From assembly GCA_041916575.1 (NCBI GenBank), contig JAYRZI010000003.1, positions 36,234 to 68,233 on the forward strand: a stretch of 32,000 bases of DNA, read 5' to 3'. Positions within the stretch are counted from its first letter, which is position 1; each line of letters opens with the position of its first letter. Below the pieces are notes generated by a model. It did no database searches. It saw only the letters and a list, made by a program, of their open reading frames with translations, and was not told the DNA's origin. Source of the stretch: Haliangiales bacterium. Lineage in GTDB: Bacteria > Myxococcota_A > Polyangia > Haliangiales > Haliangiaceae. Made by a program: the position numbers and the translations under genes. Below, in pieces: positions 1 to 9,000 of the stretch.

Positions 1-92
1 ACGCCTTCCTCCACCGGCTCGACCTCTGTTGCACACCCGGCCAGCGAAAGCCAAACAACTAGACATCCAAGCACTCCAATCCATTTCCTCAT
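1..92 (-). CDS. Exported lipoprotein, N-terminal fragment (gene runs off the left edge); paralog of the 631..1230 gene
   Basis: The reverse complement of 1..92 reads ATG AGG AAA TGG... = MRKWIGVLGCLVVWLSLAGCATEVEPVEEG. It has a basic n-region, a hydrophobic core and an LAGC lipobox. AGGAGG (plus 99..104) lies 6 nt upstream of the ATG. The N-terminus parallels MRNWVGLLACLWCCGALMACAGEV of the next gene. It is too short in this window to appear in the ORF track. Confidence 0.5.
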   Translation of the reverse strand, partial: MRKWIGVLGCLVVWLSLAGCATEVEPVEEG

Positions 93-202
93 CACAGTCC
101 TCCTGATGGACACGAGACCCAGCGCGCAGCGCACTTCGCCGCGCAACTACCAATCTCCCATCCAGATTCTCCATGACATCCGCGCATCACACGAGCGTTC
201 TC

Positions 203-279
203 TGGCGACTCGCGATGACCGACAGGCGCGCCGGCGCGCTGTCGCGCTCGCAGTGCGACCCGCGACCTGTCCGAGACTC
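203..279 (-). promoter_or_regulatory. Conserved 77-bp upstream element, copy A (upstream of the lipoprotein gene starting at 92)
   Basis: tggcgactcgcgatgacc...ccggcgcgctgtcgcgctcgcagtgcgacccgcgacctgtccgagactc. Hand alignment with 1341..1417 gives about 67/77 identical positions, with only 2 mismatches in the last 50 bp. It starts 111 nt from its gene's ATG, the same offset as copy B. It contains the imperfect palindrome GTCGCG-GG-TCGCA-C-TGCGA-G-CGCGAC (read on the minus strand). Confidence 0.6.
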
Positions 280-630
280 CCGATCAGCAACGCGGACTTC
301 CTTCTGGCAGCCAGGCCATCGCAACGCCGGTCTCTGATAGCGCACCGCGGTCGCACCGTCGCGATTGCATGCAAGGACCGTCGGCTCGACTACCAGCGCC
401 GCGCCATCGTGAGCCGCACAAGGTGCTCTCCCATCCAGTGCGTGCTGGTGACCGCAGCCGCGACGCCGGCGAACGTAGCTCGTCGCTGACAGGTGCGAAG
501 CGCCCGCGTCGCCCCGGGTCGCGGGGCCGCCACCGAGCAGGCGTGCCCCATCGTCGTGTCCCCGCGGTTGGTCACGTACTTTGGCGTGAACTGGTGCCGA
601 AGCTCGTCGCCGCCTCGCCGCAAACGAGCA

Positions 631-1230
631 CTAGTGGCAGAAGTTCTGATCCACCTTGGTGCAGCTCGTGATGGACGGCATGTTCGGGATGAACTGCTGG
701 CAGCAGGTCTGCGTCGACACGTTGAAGCACGTGGCCTCGCTCTTGAGGTAGCGCTGGTAGCGCGGCGCCGAGCCACACGAGCTCACGTCGTGATAGAGGC
801 GCTCGGCGTAGAACTCGAGATCGAAGTGCGGAATATGCGTGTCTTTGTCGATGTAGCACAGCGTATCGCTGACCTGCTGCCACACCGCATTATCCGCATC
901 GCAGGCAGTGCCCTGGCCGTCGCCATCGCAATCGGCCTGATCGGCGTTCGGCGTATAGTCGCAGTTGTCGGTGGCATCCGGGATGCCGTCGCTATCGGAG
1001 TCGAGCCCGGCGCAGATGCCATAGTCGGCGCACGTCATCGCCTCGTCCTCGACCTGGCAGGTCGTCGAACACGCTGCGGTGGCGGTGCAGCGCCACCGGC
1101 AGGTGTTGACGATGAGCGCCTCCTGCTGCTCCGTCGCCACGTCGACCGCGGTCTCCGTCACCTCTCCAGCACAAGCCATCAGCGCGCCGCAGCACCACAG
1201 ACATGCGAGCAATCCAACCCAGTTCCTCAT
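631..1230 (-). CDS. Cys-rich exported lipoprotein with thrombospondin type-3 (Ca-binding) repeats
   Basis: I place the start at the internal ATG (plus 1228..1230) because MRNWVGLLACLWCCGALMACAG is a signal/lipobox sequence and GAGGAGGA (plus 1236..1243) sits 5 nt upstream. The 31 aa before it in the ORF track have no signal character. DSDSDGIPDATDNCDYTPNADQADCDGDGQGTACD matches the TSP3 DxDxDGxxDxxDNC pattern. The tail is Cys-rich. TAG stop at 631..633. Confidence 0.75.
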   Translation of the reverse strand: MRNWVGLLACLWCCGALMACAGEVTETAVDVATEQQEALIVNTCRWRCTATAACSTTCQVEDEAMTCADYGICAGLDSDSDGIPDATDNCDYTPNADQADCDGDGQGTACDADNAVWQQVSDTLCYIDKDTHIPHFDLEFYAERLYHDVSSCGSAPRYQRYLKSEATCFNVSTQTCCQQFIPNMPSITSCTKVDQNFCH

Positions 1231-1340
1231 GGCAATCCTCCTCGTAGACGCTGGATCCCCTCGCGCGACGACCACCGCCGAGCGACTACAGATCCCGAGT
1301 TCGACTCTGCATGATGCGCTCACGATAAACGATCTATCCT

Positions 1341-1417
1341 TGGCGACTTACGATGACTGTCCCGGCCGCCGGCGCGCTGTCGCGCTCGCGGTGCGACCCG
1401 CGACCTGTCCGGGACTC
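1341..1417 (-). promoter_or_regulatory. Conserved 77-bp upstream element, copy B (upstream of the 631..1230 gene, inside the divergent intergenic region shared with the 1633 gene)
   Basis: tggcgacttacgatgact...ccggcgcgctgtcgcgctcgcggtgcgacccgcgacctgtccgggactc. Same length and same 111-nt offset from the ATG (1230) as copy A. Confidence 0.6.
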
Positions 1418-1632
1418 GTCCCTTGCTCTCGGTCTCGGGCGCTGACAGGCAGCGACCACCGGGTCATTCGGCTGTCAGGCCTCGGAGCCCGCACGCGCCG
1501 CGGCGGTGCAAGCGACGTCGGCCGCGCTACGACCGGCGCATCGCTGGCGGGAGATGACCGCCAGCGCACCGAGCGCGGCCCCCACCGGCCCGGTGCGCGC
1601 CCAGGTGCCGGCACCTGGAGAAACGAGGTATC

Positions 1633-3039
1633 GTGCCTCGTCCGGTGCGTACCTTCACCACCTACGGCCTGCTCTTGGCGCTGGGCCTCCTCGGCTACGG
1701 CGCGCTGGCCGGCGATCGGCTGCGGCGGCCCTCGCACGCGCCGCACTTCGTGGTGCAAGCAGCGGCCTGGCTACGAGGCCAAGCCCACATCGACCCGCCG
1801 TGGCCCGGCGACGACTGGGCGAAGGTGGAGACCGTGGAGCGACGCGACGCGACGCCGGGCGCGCCGCCTGCGCTCGAGCGCGGGCGCCGCCTGCACACCC
1901 GTCCCACCTTCCGCACCACCGATGGCCGGGAGCTACCACTGGCCGAGCTGGGGCCCAGCCACGGCGTCACCGCATACGTGTCGTTTCCTCCAGCGCCGAC
2001 CCTGCTCATGGTGCCCTCGGCGCTGCTCGGTGGCCGCGGCGGCAATGATGTCTGGCCGACCGTGCTCGTGGCCGCGCTGATCTTGCCGCTCGCCGCCGCG
2101 ACGCTGCGCCGCCTCGCCGAGGCCGGGCTGTCGACGCGCACCGCGGGCGAAGACCGTTGGCTGGTGCTCGCGCTGGGGTTTGGCACCGTGCTGTGGTTCT
2201 CGGCGGTCGGCGGCCGCGTCTGGTACACCGCGCACGTGCTGGGCGTGGCGCTGGCGCTGGCGTACCTGTGGGCCGCCATCGAGGCGCGTCGCCCGTTGCT
2301 CGCCGGCCTTGCGCTCGGTGCCGCGGCGCTCACCCGCACCCCGATGGCGTTCATGTTCCCGCTGTTTCTGCTGGAGGCCTGGCGAATGGCCGGCGGTCGC
2401 GCGCGCTGGGCCACCCGCGACGAGCGCGCCGCCATGGTACGCCAGCTCGGCCGGGGGCTGGCATGGTTCGCCGCGCCGGTGCTGGTGCTGGCGATCGCCG
2501 CCATGCTCTACAACCGGGCGCGCTTCGGCAACGTGCTCGAGTTCGGCCACAGCTACCTCGACGTGCGCCAGCAAGCGCAGATCGAGCAATGGGGGCTCTT
2601 CGACGTTCGCTACCTGGCGCGCAACCTGACGTGCGCGCTGACCCTCTTGCCCGAGCTCTCGGATCAAGCGCCGTATGTGCGGGTAAGCGGCCACGGCCTC
2701 GCACTCTGGGTGACCTCGCCGTTTCTGCTGCTGGCGCTGTGGCCACGTCGCAAGAGCCCCATCGCGCTCGCCCTCGGCCTCACCGCGCTGGCCACCGCCC
2801 TGCCCTCGCTGTTCTACCAGAACTCCGGCTGGGTGCAGTTCGGCTACCGCTTTAGCCTCGACTACATCGTGTTTCTGATCGCGCTGTTGGCGGTTGGCGG
2901 GCGCCCGCTGAGCCGGCTGGCCAAGAGCCTCATCGCAGTGGCGGTGGCGGTGAACCTGTTCGGCGCCCTCACCTTCGAGCGATTGCCCGGCGTGTACCGC
3001 ACCGGCGCCGACGCCTACGAGGTCGTCGTACGGCACTAG
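1633..3039 (+). CDS. Polytopic inner-membrane protein, GT-C-type glycosyltransferase-like (ArnT/PMT/GT39-like layout)
   Basis: GTG start preceded by GGAGAAACGAGG. The 468-aa product has 10 or more hydrophobic spans (TYGLLLALGLLGYGAL, VWPTVLVAALILPLAAA, WLVLALGFGTVLWFSAV, VLGVALALAYLWAAI, FMFPLFLLEAW, LAWFAAPVLVLAIAAML, LALWVTSPFLLLALW, IVFLIALLAVGG, LIAVAVAVNLFGAL). A ~100-aa loop follows TM1 and contains PWPGDDW. Confidence that this is a CDS is good; the family call is pattern memory only. Confidence 0.7.
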   Translation: MPRPVRTFTTYGLLLALGLLGYGALAGDRLRRPSHAPHFVVQAAAWLRGQAHIDPPWPGDDWAKVETVERRDATPGAPPALERGRRLHTRPTFRTTDGRELPLAELGPSHGVTAYVSFPPAPTLLMVPSALLGGRGGNDVWPTVLVAALILPLAAATLRRLAEAGLSTRTAGEDRWLVLALGFGTVLWFSAVGGRVWYTAHVLGVALALAYLWAAIEARRPLLAGLALGAAALTRTPMAFMFPLFLLEAWRMAGGRARWATRDERAAMVRQLGRGLAWFAAPVLVLAIAAMLYNRARFGNVLEFGHSYLDVRQQAQIEQWGLFDVRYLARNLTCALTLLPELSDQAPYVRVSGHGLALWVTSPFLLLALWPRRKSPIALALGLTALATALPSLFYQNSGWVQFGYRFSLDYIVFLIALLAVGGRPLSRLAKSLIAVAVAVNLFGALTFERLPGVYRTGADAYEVVVRH

Positions 3040-3138
3040 TCGCCGCGCTCGCCACGCGCGCTCTTCGCCACCGCTCACCGCCGGGCCACCGCGGACCGCC
3101 TGTCCGCCGCTCACCGCGCGCCACCTGCCCGGCACCTG

Positions 3139-3192
3139 CTCGCCACGGGCCACCCCGCTGAGCCCTCGCCACGGGGCCCCCCTCGCCACGGG
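3139..3192. repeat. Three exact copies of the 11-mer CTCGCCACGGG (3139, 3165, 3182), plus a degenerate copy CTCGCCACGCG at 3048, upstream of the 3264 ORF
   Basis: Read directly from the sequence. The spacings are 26 and 17 bp. The same intergenic region also carries CCGCTCACCGC twice (3070 and 3106). Confidence 0.5.
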
Positions 3193-3263
3193 CTCCATCG
3201 CCGCGGCGCCCCATCGCGACGCAACCACGTGCCAAGCGTGCCGCGGCGCGATAGGGTGAGAGC

Positions 3264-3560
3264 ATGACCGCGACCGAACGCATCACGCTGGTGGTGCTCA
3301 ACGAGGATGGAAGCCGGGACCGGTACCCTGTCAGCTCGTGGGTCGGCATCCCGCGCAAGAACGAGCTGATGTGGATCCAGGAGCAGCCGTACATGATCGT
3401 CGAGGTGGAGTACGCCGTTGCGGAGGGCTTCTTCGGCGCCCGCAGCATCGACGCCGCCGGCATCTACGTGCGCCGCCTCAACAAGGAGGAGCAAGACGCC
3501 GTCGCCCGCCGGCTCGAAGCGCCGATCCGCGGCAAAGACGAACAGCCGTTCCGGCCCTGA
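3264..3560 (+). CDS. Small hypothetical protein (98 aa), no recognised family
   Basis: ATG start and strongly GC3-biased codons throughout, consistent with genuine coding in this genome. The amino-acid composition is balanced ([52 protein letters not shown]...), unlike the Arg/Ala/Pro-rich shadow frames. The RBS (GGGTGAGAG) is weak. Confidence 0.55.
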   Translation: MTATERITLVVLNEDGSRDRYPVSSWVGIPRKNELMWIQEQPYMIVEVEYAVAEGFFGARSIDAAGIYVRRLNKEEQDAVARRLEAPIRGKDEQPFRP

Positions 3561-3650
3561 GCGGCCGCGCCCCTGCGCCGGCGGGCTAGAAGGTCCCCGG
3601 CGACTGCACCGCGAGCGGGCGGTGGAGCCCAAGCTCTCGGCTGGCCGCCC

Positions 3651-5228
3651 ATGGGAGTGTGGTATCTAGTGCCACGCATGCAGCGCTTGGTACCCGCGAT
3701 CCTGCTCGCCGTCGCCCTCACCCTCGTCCTTGCCGGCTGCTCGAAGGGCTCGCCGTACAACTCTAACTTCTCATCGATACGGATCGAGAGTACCGGCATC
3801 GTCGATGCAAAGAGCGCCAAGCCTTACACGGGCAAGCTGATCGCTCGCGACGAGCAGATCGCCGAGGTCGCACGCGCTGTCCTCGGCAACTATCGCGACT
3901 ACGTCGCGGGCGCCCAGGTGACGGGACTCGTGCTCGTGATGCCCATCGTAGATGGAGCGCCCGATGGCCAGGCGGTCGTGCTCGTCGATCTCAAAGCACC
4001 GAAGCTCAACCCCGAGCTCGGACGACGCAGCGAGTTCGAGCTCGATGTCGCGCGCGCGGTCAGCCCGACGATCAAGGTCGCCGAGGTCATGTTTCGCGCC
4101 GGCAAGCTCGACGGTACGGCCACGGTCTACGGGCCGGCGAGCGCGAACTTCCGCATGGAGAAGGTCGCGGAAGCGACGTTCCGCGATCACCAGCTCGATG
4201 GCGTTGCACGGGAGTTCTTCCACGGCGACAAGGTCAAACGCGAATACCACTTCGCCAAGGGCGTTCGGAGCGGTGTCCAGAAGATCTTCCACGACAACGG
4301 CAAGGTCGCGCGCGAGACCCCCTTCGAGAATGGCGCACCACACGGCGAAGAGAAGGCGTTCTACGCGACCGGCGCGCCGCGTAGCCACGGCACGTACGAC
4401 CAAGGCGAGCCGACGGGCACCCACGTGACGCTGTTCCCGAACGGCAAGCCGGAGACCGAAACCACCTACTCTGCCGACGCGCCGCCGGTGGCGAAGCGCT
4501 GGTTTTCCACCGGCCAGAGCGCCGACGAACCACCGAACGGCGTCATCGAGGAGTTCTACGCGACGGCGGAGGTCCAGACCCGCACGACGTACACCGCGGG
4601 CGTCAAGTCCGGCCCGTTCGAGCAGTTCTACTCCGATGGCAAGAAGTGGAAGGCCGGCACCTACGCGCACGGCGAGCTCACCGGACGCTACGAGGAGTGG
4701 TGGAAGAACGGCAAACGCGCGGTCTTGGCGACCTACGTCAACGGCAAGCTCGATGGCGAGTACGCGCGCTACTACGCGAACGGCCGCGACTGGGAGCGTG
4801 CGATGTACTCCAATGGCGTGCTCATCGGCGCCTACAAGAAGTGGTGGAAGAACGGCAAGCCAGCCCACGTGTACGCGTACACACAAGAAGGCAAGCTCGA
4901 TGGCGAGTTCAAGCAGTTTTACGACAACGGCGCCAGGTGGGTGGAAGCGCGCTACGTCAATGGCAAGCCACAGGGCGCGATCCAACGCTGGTATCCCGAC
5001 GGCAAACTCGGCTACGTCATGAACCACGAGAACGGCCGACCGCACGGCGCCTTCAAGCGCTGGTACGCCGACGGCAAGCCGCGCCTCGAAGCCACCTACG
5101 TCAGCGGCACGTTTGACGGCGAGCTCAAGAACTGGAACCCCGACGGAACCGTCTTCGAGGTGGCGACCTATCGGCGCGGGGCGCTCGTCAAGAGCACCCG
5201 CGGCAGCGCCGAAACGCAGCCGCTCTGA
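3651..5228 (+). CDS. Lipoprotein with many MORN-variant (YwqK-type) repeats
   Basis: Lipobox LVLAGCS. The start may instead be the ATG at 3678 ([21 protein letters not shown]). The C-terminal two thirds are repeats of the G(K/E)LDGE(Y/F)xxYYxNGxxWxxxxYxNGxxxG type, e.g. [40 protein letters not shown], typical of the MORN repeat variant. Confidence 0.8.
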   Translation: MGVWYLVPRMQRLVPAILLAVALTLVLAGCSKGSPYNSNFSSIRIESTGIVDAKSAKPYTGKLIARDEQIAEVARAVLGNYRDYVAGAQVTGLVLVMPIVDGAPDGQAVVLVDLKAPKLNPELGRRSEFELDVARAVSPTIKVAEVMFRAGKLDGTATVYGPASANFRMEKVAEATFRDHQLDGVAREFFHGDKVKREYHFAKGVRSGVQKIFHDNGKVARETPFENGAPHGEEKAFYATGAPRSHGTYDQGEPTGTHVTLFPNGKPETETTYSADAPPVAKRWFSTGQSADEPPNGVIEEFYATAEVQTRTTYTAGVKSGPFEQFYSDGKKWKAGTYAHGELTGRYEEWWKNGKRAVLATYVNGKLDGEYARYYANGRDWERAMYSNGVLIGAYKKWWKNGKPAHVYAYTQEGKLDGEFKQFYDNGARWVEARYVNGKPQGAIQRWYPDGKLGYVMNHENGRPHGAFKRWYADGKPRLEATYVSGTFDGELKNWNPDGTVFEVATYRRGALVKSTRGSAETQPL

Positions 5229-5295
5229 TCCCTCGATCGTGACGCGGCTGGGCCAGGCGAACGGCGTGGCGGAGCTGGCGACGTGCCGGGGAGCT

Positions 5296-5937
5296 TCAGG
5301 CGCCCTCGACTCGATCTCGATAGGCCTCGATCGTGCGCTTCCATGCGGGACGATCCATGCATCGCGCCAAGTACGCACGAAGGTGCGCGTACGGGTCGAG
5401 AAGCGTTGGATCGGTGCTCCCGGCACTCAGCACGTGCGTCATCAGGATGTCGGCCACCGTGAAGTCGTCCGTGGCAACGAACGTGCGAGTCGCTAGCCAA
5501 CCATCGAGCTGTTTCAGCCTCATGTCCGACCACTGGCGGAGGGCATCGTGAGGCTTCGAGCCTTTGCCACCAGCGAGCCCCACAAACCACATCGTCAACA
5601 CGGGCACCTCGACGCTATTTAGCGCGGCGAAGCTCCAACGGAGGACCTGCGCTTCGCCGGCAAGATCGCGCGGCATCAGCTTGCCGCTCTTGCGAGCGAG
5701 GTAGAGGAGGATCGCGCCGGACTCCGTCACGACCACGCCGTCGTCGTCGATGACAGGGATCTGACCGAACGGATTCTTCGCGCGGAACTCGTCGCTGTCT
5801 AGATCGTGGTTCGGATGGTCCATGCCGAGGATCTCGTACGGCAGCCCCATCTCCTCGAGTGCCCACAAGACGCGCAGGTCACGCGTGTTGCCGCGCGCGA
5901 ACTTGTTCACTCGAGAGAACCCGTAGACCTTCATCAT
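5296..5937 (-). CDS. Glutathione S-transferase family protein
   Basis: 213 aa. The N-terminal thioredoxin-like part reads NPFGQIPVIDDDGVVVTESGAILLYLARK, the classic GST G-site (P-V-L/I...ES.AI..YL). An alpha-helical C-terminal domain follows. Tandem ATG ATG start at 5932..5937 with AGGA 8 nt upstream. Confidence 0.85.
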   Translation of the reverse strand: MMKVYGFSRVNKFARGNTRDLRVLWALEEMGLPYEILGMDHPNHDLDSDEFRAKNPFGQIPVIDDDGVVVTESGAILLYLARKSGKLMPRDLAGEAQVLRWSFAALNSVEVPVLTMWFVGLAGGKGSKPHDALRQWSDMRLKQLDGWLATRTFVATDDFTVADILMTHVLSAGSTDPTLLDPYAHLRAYLARCMDRPAWKRTIEAYRDRVEGA

Positions 5938-5981
5938 GGGCGCATCCTAGGGCGGAACACCGAGGATGTCGAAACAGCCAT

Positions 5982-6003
5982 TCGAAAAATCATGAAGGCC
6001 ATG
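5982..6003 (-). terminator. Weak intrinsic-terminator-like hairpin downstream of the 6073..10266 gene
   Basis: The minus strand reads TCATG-GCCTT-CATGA followed by TTTTTCG. A T5 run is rare in this GC-rich window, but the stem is only 5 bp. Confidence 0.25.
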
Positions 6004-6072
6004 AGTCGAGGGATCCGGAGATCGTGGGTTCTGGAGGTCTGGCGAGGCCAGGACGTGACCGGCAAGATCGCC

Positions 6073-9000
6073 TCATGGAGCGCGCTGAGAAGTGACGAAG
6101 CCGTCCTGCGCGCCTGCAGATGGAGGACTCGAGGTCGCCCCCCCAAAGGCCATTCGACCATCGGAGGAGAACGCCGCCGTCGCCCCCGATGCCGAGGCCA
6201 CCGTGCCAAAATCGGAGATCGACTGGAGCTGATGCGCGGAGTTGTAGAACAGCACGAGTCCATCCGAGGTTCCGCTGCGCGTCACCGTGCCCACGGCGGT
6301 CGCGATGGACGTCGACACATACCGTCCCGTCGCCAGGATCCGACCGAGCCCGTCCGTCGCCAGCGCAGACAACATGTCGTCCCCCGTACCGCCGATGCGC
6401 CACGACGGTGGCACGATGGCTGCGCCGTTGGCGCGGGCGAGCTTTAGGACGAAGCCATCGTAACCACCCGCCGAGGTGCCCACGGTGGTCAGCGCCGAGG
6501 CGTCGAAGCCGACGCGCAACGTGCCGGTGAACTGTCCAGCGATCACCAGATCTTCGTTGGGCAAGAGCTTCACGTCGTTGACTTGCCCGGCATCGCTCTG
6601 CGATGGGTCCCCGATCCAGGCGGCCCACGACGGCGTCCCCATTTCCAGAGCCGAGCCAAATCGCGCGACCATGCCGTCGGAAGACGTCGTGGTCTTGCTG
6701 TTGAAGCCGAGCTGCACCCTGCCCGTGTAATTGACGGCCGCGTAAGTCCGGCTCTGGCTATCAGCGACCACGTTCTGCGCGTAGCAGCCGCCGGTACCGC
6801 CGAACCTCTGGACCGCTCGCTGGCTGCCTGAGGTGCGATCGAGCCACAACATGTAGCAGTCGTAGTCCACTCCATCGGAGACCAGCGTGCTGGAGCCGGT
6901 CTGCATCGTCCCGTGGAAGTGGCCGAGCGCGACGACATGACCATCAGCGGTCACGGCCAGACCGGTGCCGACGCTGGCCCCAGCACCGGTCAAGAACCGC
7001 GACCAGACCACCGACAGGTCGCTGCCGCGCAGCTTGAGAACAAAGGAGTCGCTGTCGGCCGATGATACGGTGGTAGAGCCAAAGATCGTGGTCCCCGTGA
7101 AGGAGCCGCTCAGGTAGACGTCGCCGCTCGAGTCCGTGGCGACATCGGTGATCGTCGCCGTCCCTTGGCCCATGACCTGGAAACGCCCCACGAGTGCTCC
7201 CTCGCGGTCGTACTTGAGCACGTGTGCGTCGTTGCCCAGGCCAGAGAACGGAGTCTGTGCGCTCTTGCCTCTCTCGATTCTCCCAGCGCCTGCGGTCGAC
7301 GCTGCGACGTACAGGTTTCCAGAGGCGTCGAAGGCGGACGCTGCCACCGAGTCGTAGCCGGTGCCCCCGAGGTGCCTGGTCCACGACGGAGCTTGCCCAG
7401 CGGCCGGGGCTGGATCGCAGAGGTCTGGCAAGTGGTCGAGATCGCGATCGAGGCTGCGATCGCTCGTCGGGCATCCGCTAGACGGGGCAGGCTTGCGCAG
7501 CGCCCACACCGGATTGGCAAACGCGTAGCGCGGCGAGCACTGCCCGCTGAAGCGAAGCGTGTCTGCGGTGTTTGGATTCTTGGCATCGCAACCTCGATAG
7601 GTGCGAGCGAACGCGCGAACGTACGCGCGCGTCGCGCGAGGAGAGATCGCCCCACTCGAAGGATAGTCGTCCAGGTTGAACTGGACGACCCGCGTTCCTC
7701 GGTAGGACTCGGCCTGAGATGGGACGTATCGAAGGTTCTGCCGAGCCGCGCCTTCGGTGGGCAGCCAGTACCCGTCTTGCATGCGGCATCGGCCCGCGCA
7801 CTCGGTGGCGAGAGGATCCGCGATGTACGAGCCACTCGTAGATCCGCGAACGAGATCGGAGGTCTCGTCGAGGTCTCGCCGTGCCCCGTGATCGGCTGGA
7901 GCGTAGGTGCGGGCCCGCGACTCGTTGATGGGATTCAAGCACTCGCCCACACACTGCGGATCGGCATCCACGCCCACGTAGAAGTCGATCCGATCGACCG
8001 TGCCGAACTCGGGCGTGCTGTGCCACTGGGCGATGATCGGAAAGGCCTCGGCACCGTAGAGGTCGACGACCGAGCCCATCGGGTAGTCGCTGTCATCGAT
8101 GATGCCGTTGCGATTGCGGTCGACGACCAGGCGCAGCGCCGGGCCGTCGGTGACGGAGAACCGTCCTTCCGCGAGAGCATCGGCGACCGTGGCCTGGTCG
8201 TGAGAGCTCTGCGCCTCAGGTGCCACCGGATCGACACACGTCGTGTCCGTTGGCCGGCAGCCGGTGCGAGCGCGCCCCGCGAAGACGAGGTTGCGCACTT
8301 TGGCGATCGCCGTATCGTTGGTCGCCGACGTCTCGGTCAGGTACCCTTCGCGCCGGTAGCTCCAGTCGCCGTGCGCATCCGAACCACCGGCCATGAACAA
8401 CCGCCGTGGCTCGCCGGGAGCCAGCCACGAGATCGACGCCGTACGCCCCTGATCGAGCCCCCAGCGCAACAGATGGTCCCAGACATAAGATCCATTGTGC
8501 AGGGCCTGATCGACATCGAAATGAATCTTCTGCCAGCCCCACCGGGCGAGATCATACATGGGGCTGAATCGATAGCTGCGATTGAGCCACCCTGCCATGT
8601 GATTCCCTGAGCTGGTCGCCCCGAGCCAGTTGTAGCCGGTGACGTCGTAGTCGCCTGCGTCGTAGCTCGAACTCACGCGAGCATCTTCATTCCACAGCTG
8701 GAGCCCGACCAGCGTCTGCTGGTCGAACATCTTCTGGTACTGATAGCCACTGTATGGCGCGATGCCAGGCCCCGACCCTGCTCCGCCAGCGGCCAGGGGA
8801 TGAGCCAAGAAAGCAACGCCCTGCTTGCTGCCGATCTCAGGCAGGATACCGCTCCCGGAGGTGCTGCCTTCTAGCGCATGGCGAGTAGCGCCGCCATAGC
8901 GACCGGTCTTGCTTGCCACGAAGCCAGTGGGCTGCTCTGCGAAGCGCGGGAGGTGCAGCAGGTGCTGGCGGCCGACGTTGATTTCATCCAGCCCCTGGGC

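Noticed and set aside
1285-1300. T-loop-like GAGTTCGACTC suggesting a tRNA.
   Set aside because: There are no flanking acceptor, anticodon or D-arm complementarities. It lies within the diverged leader region homologous to 147..162.
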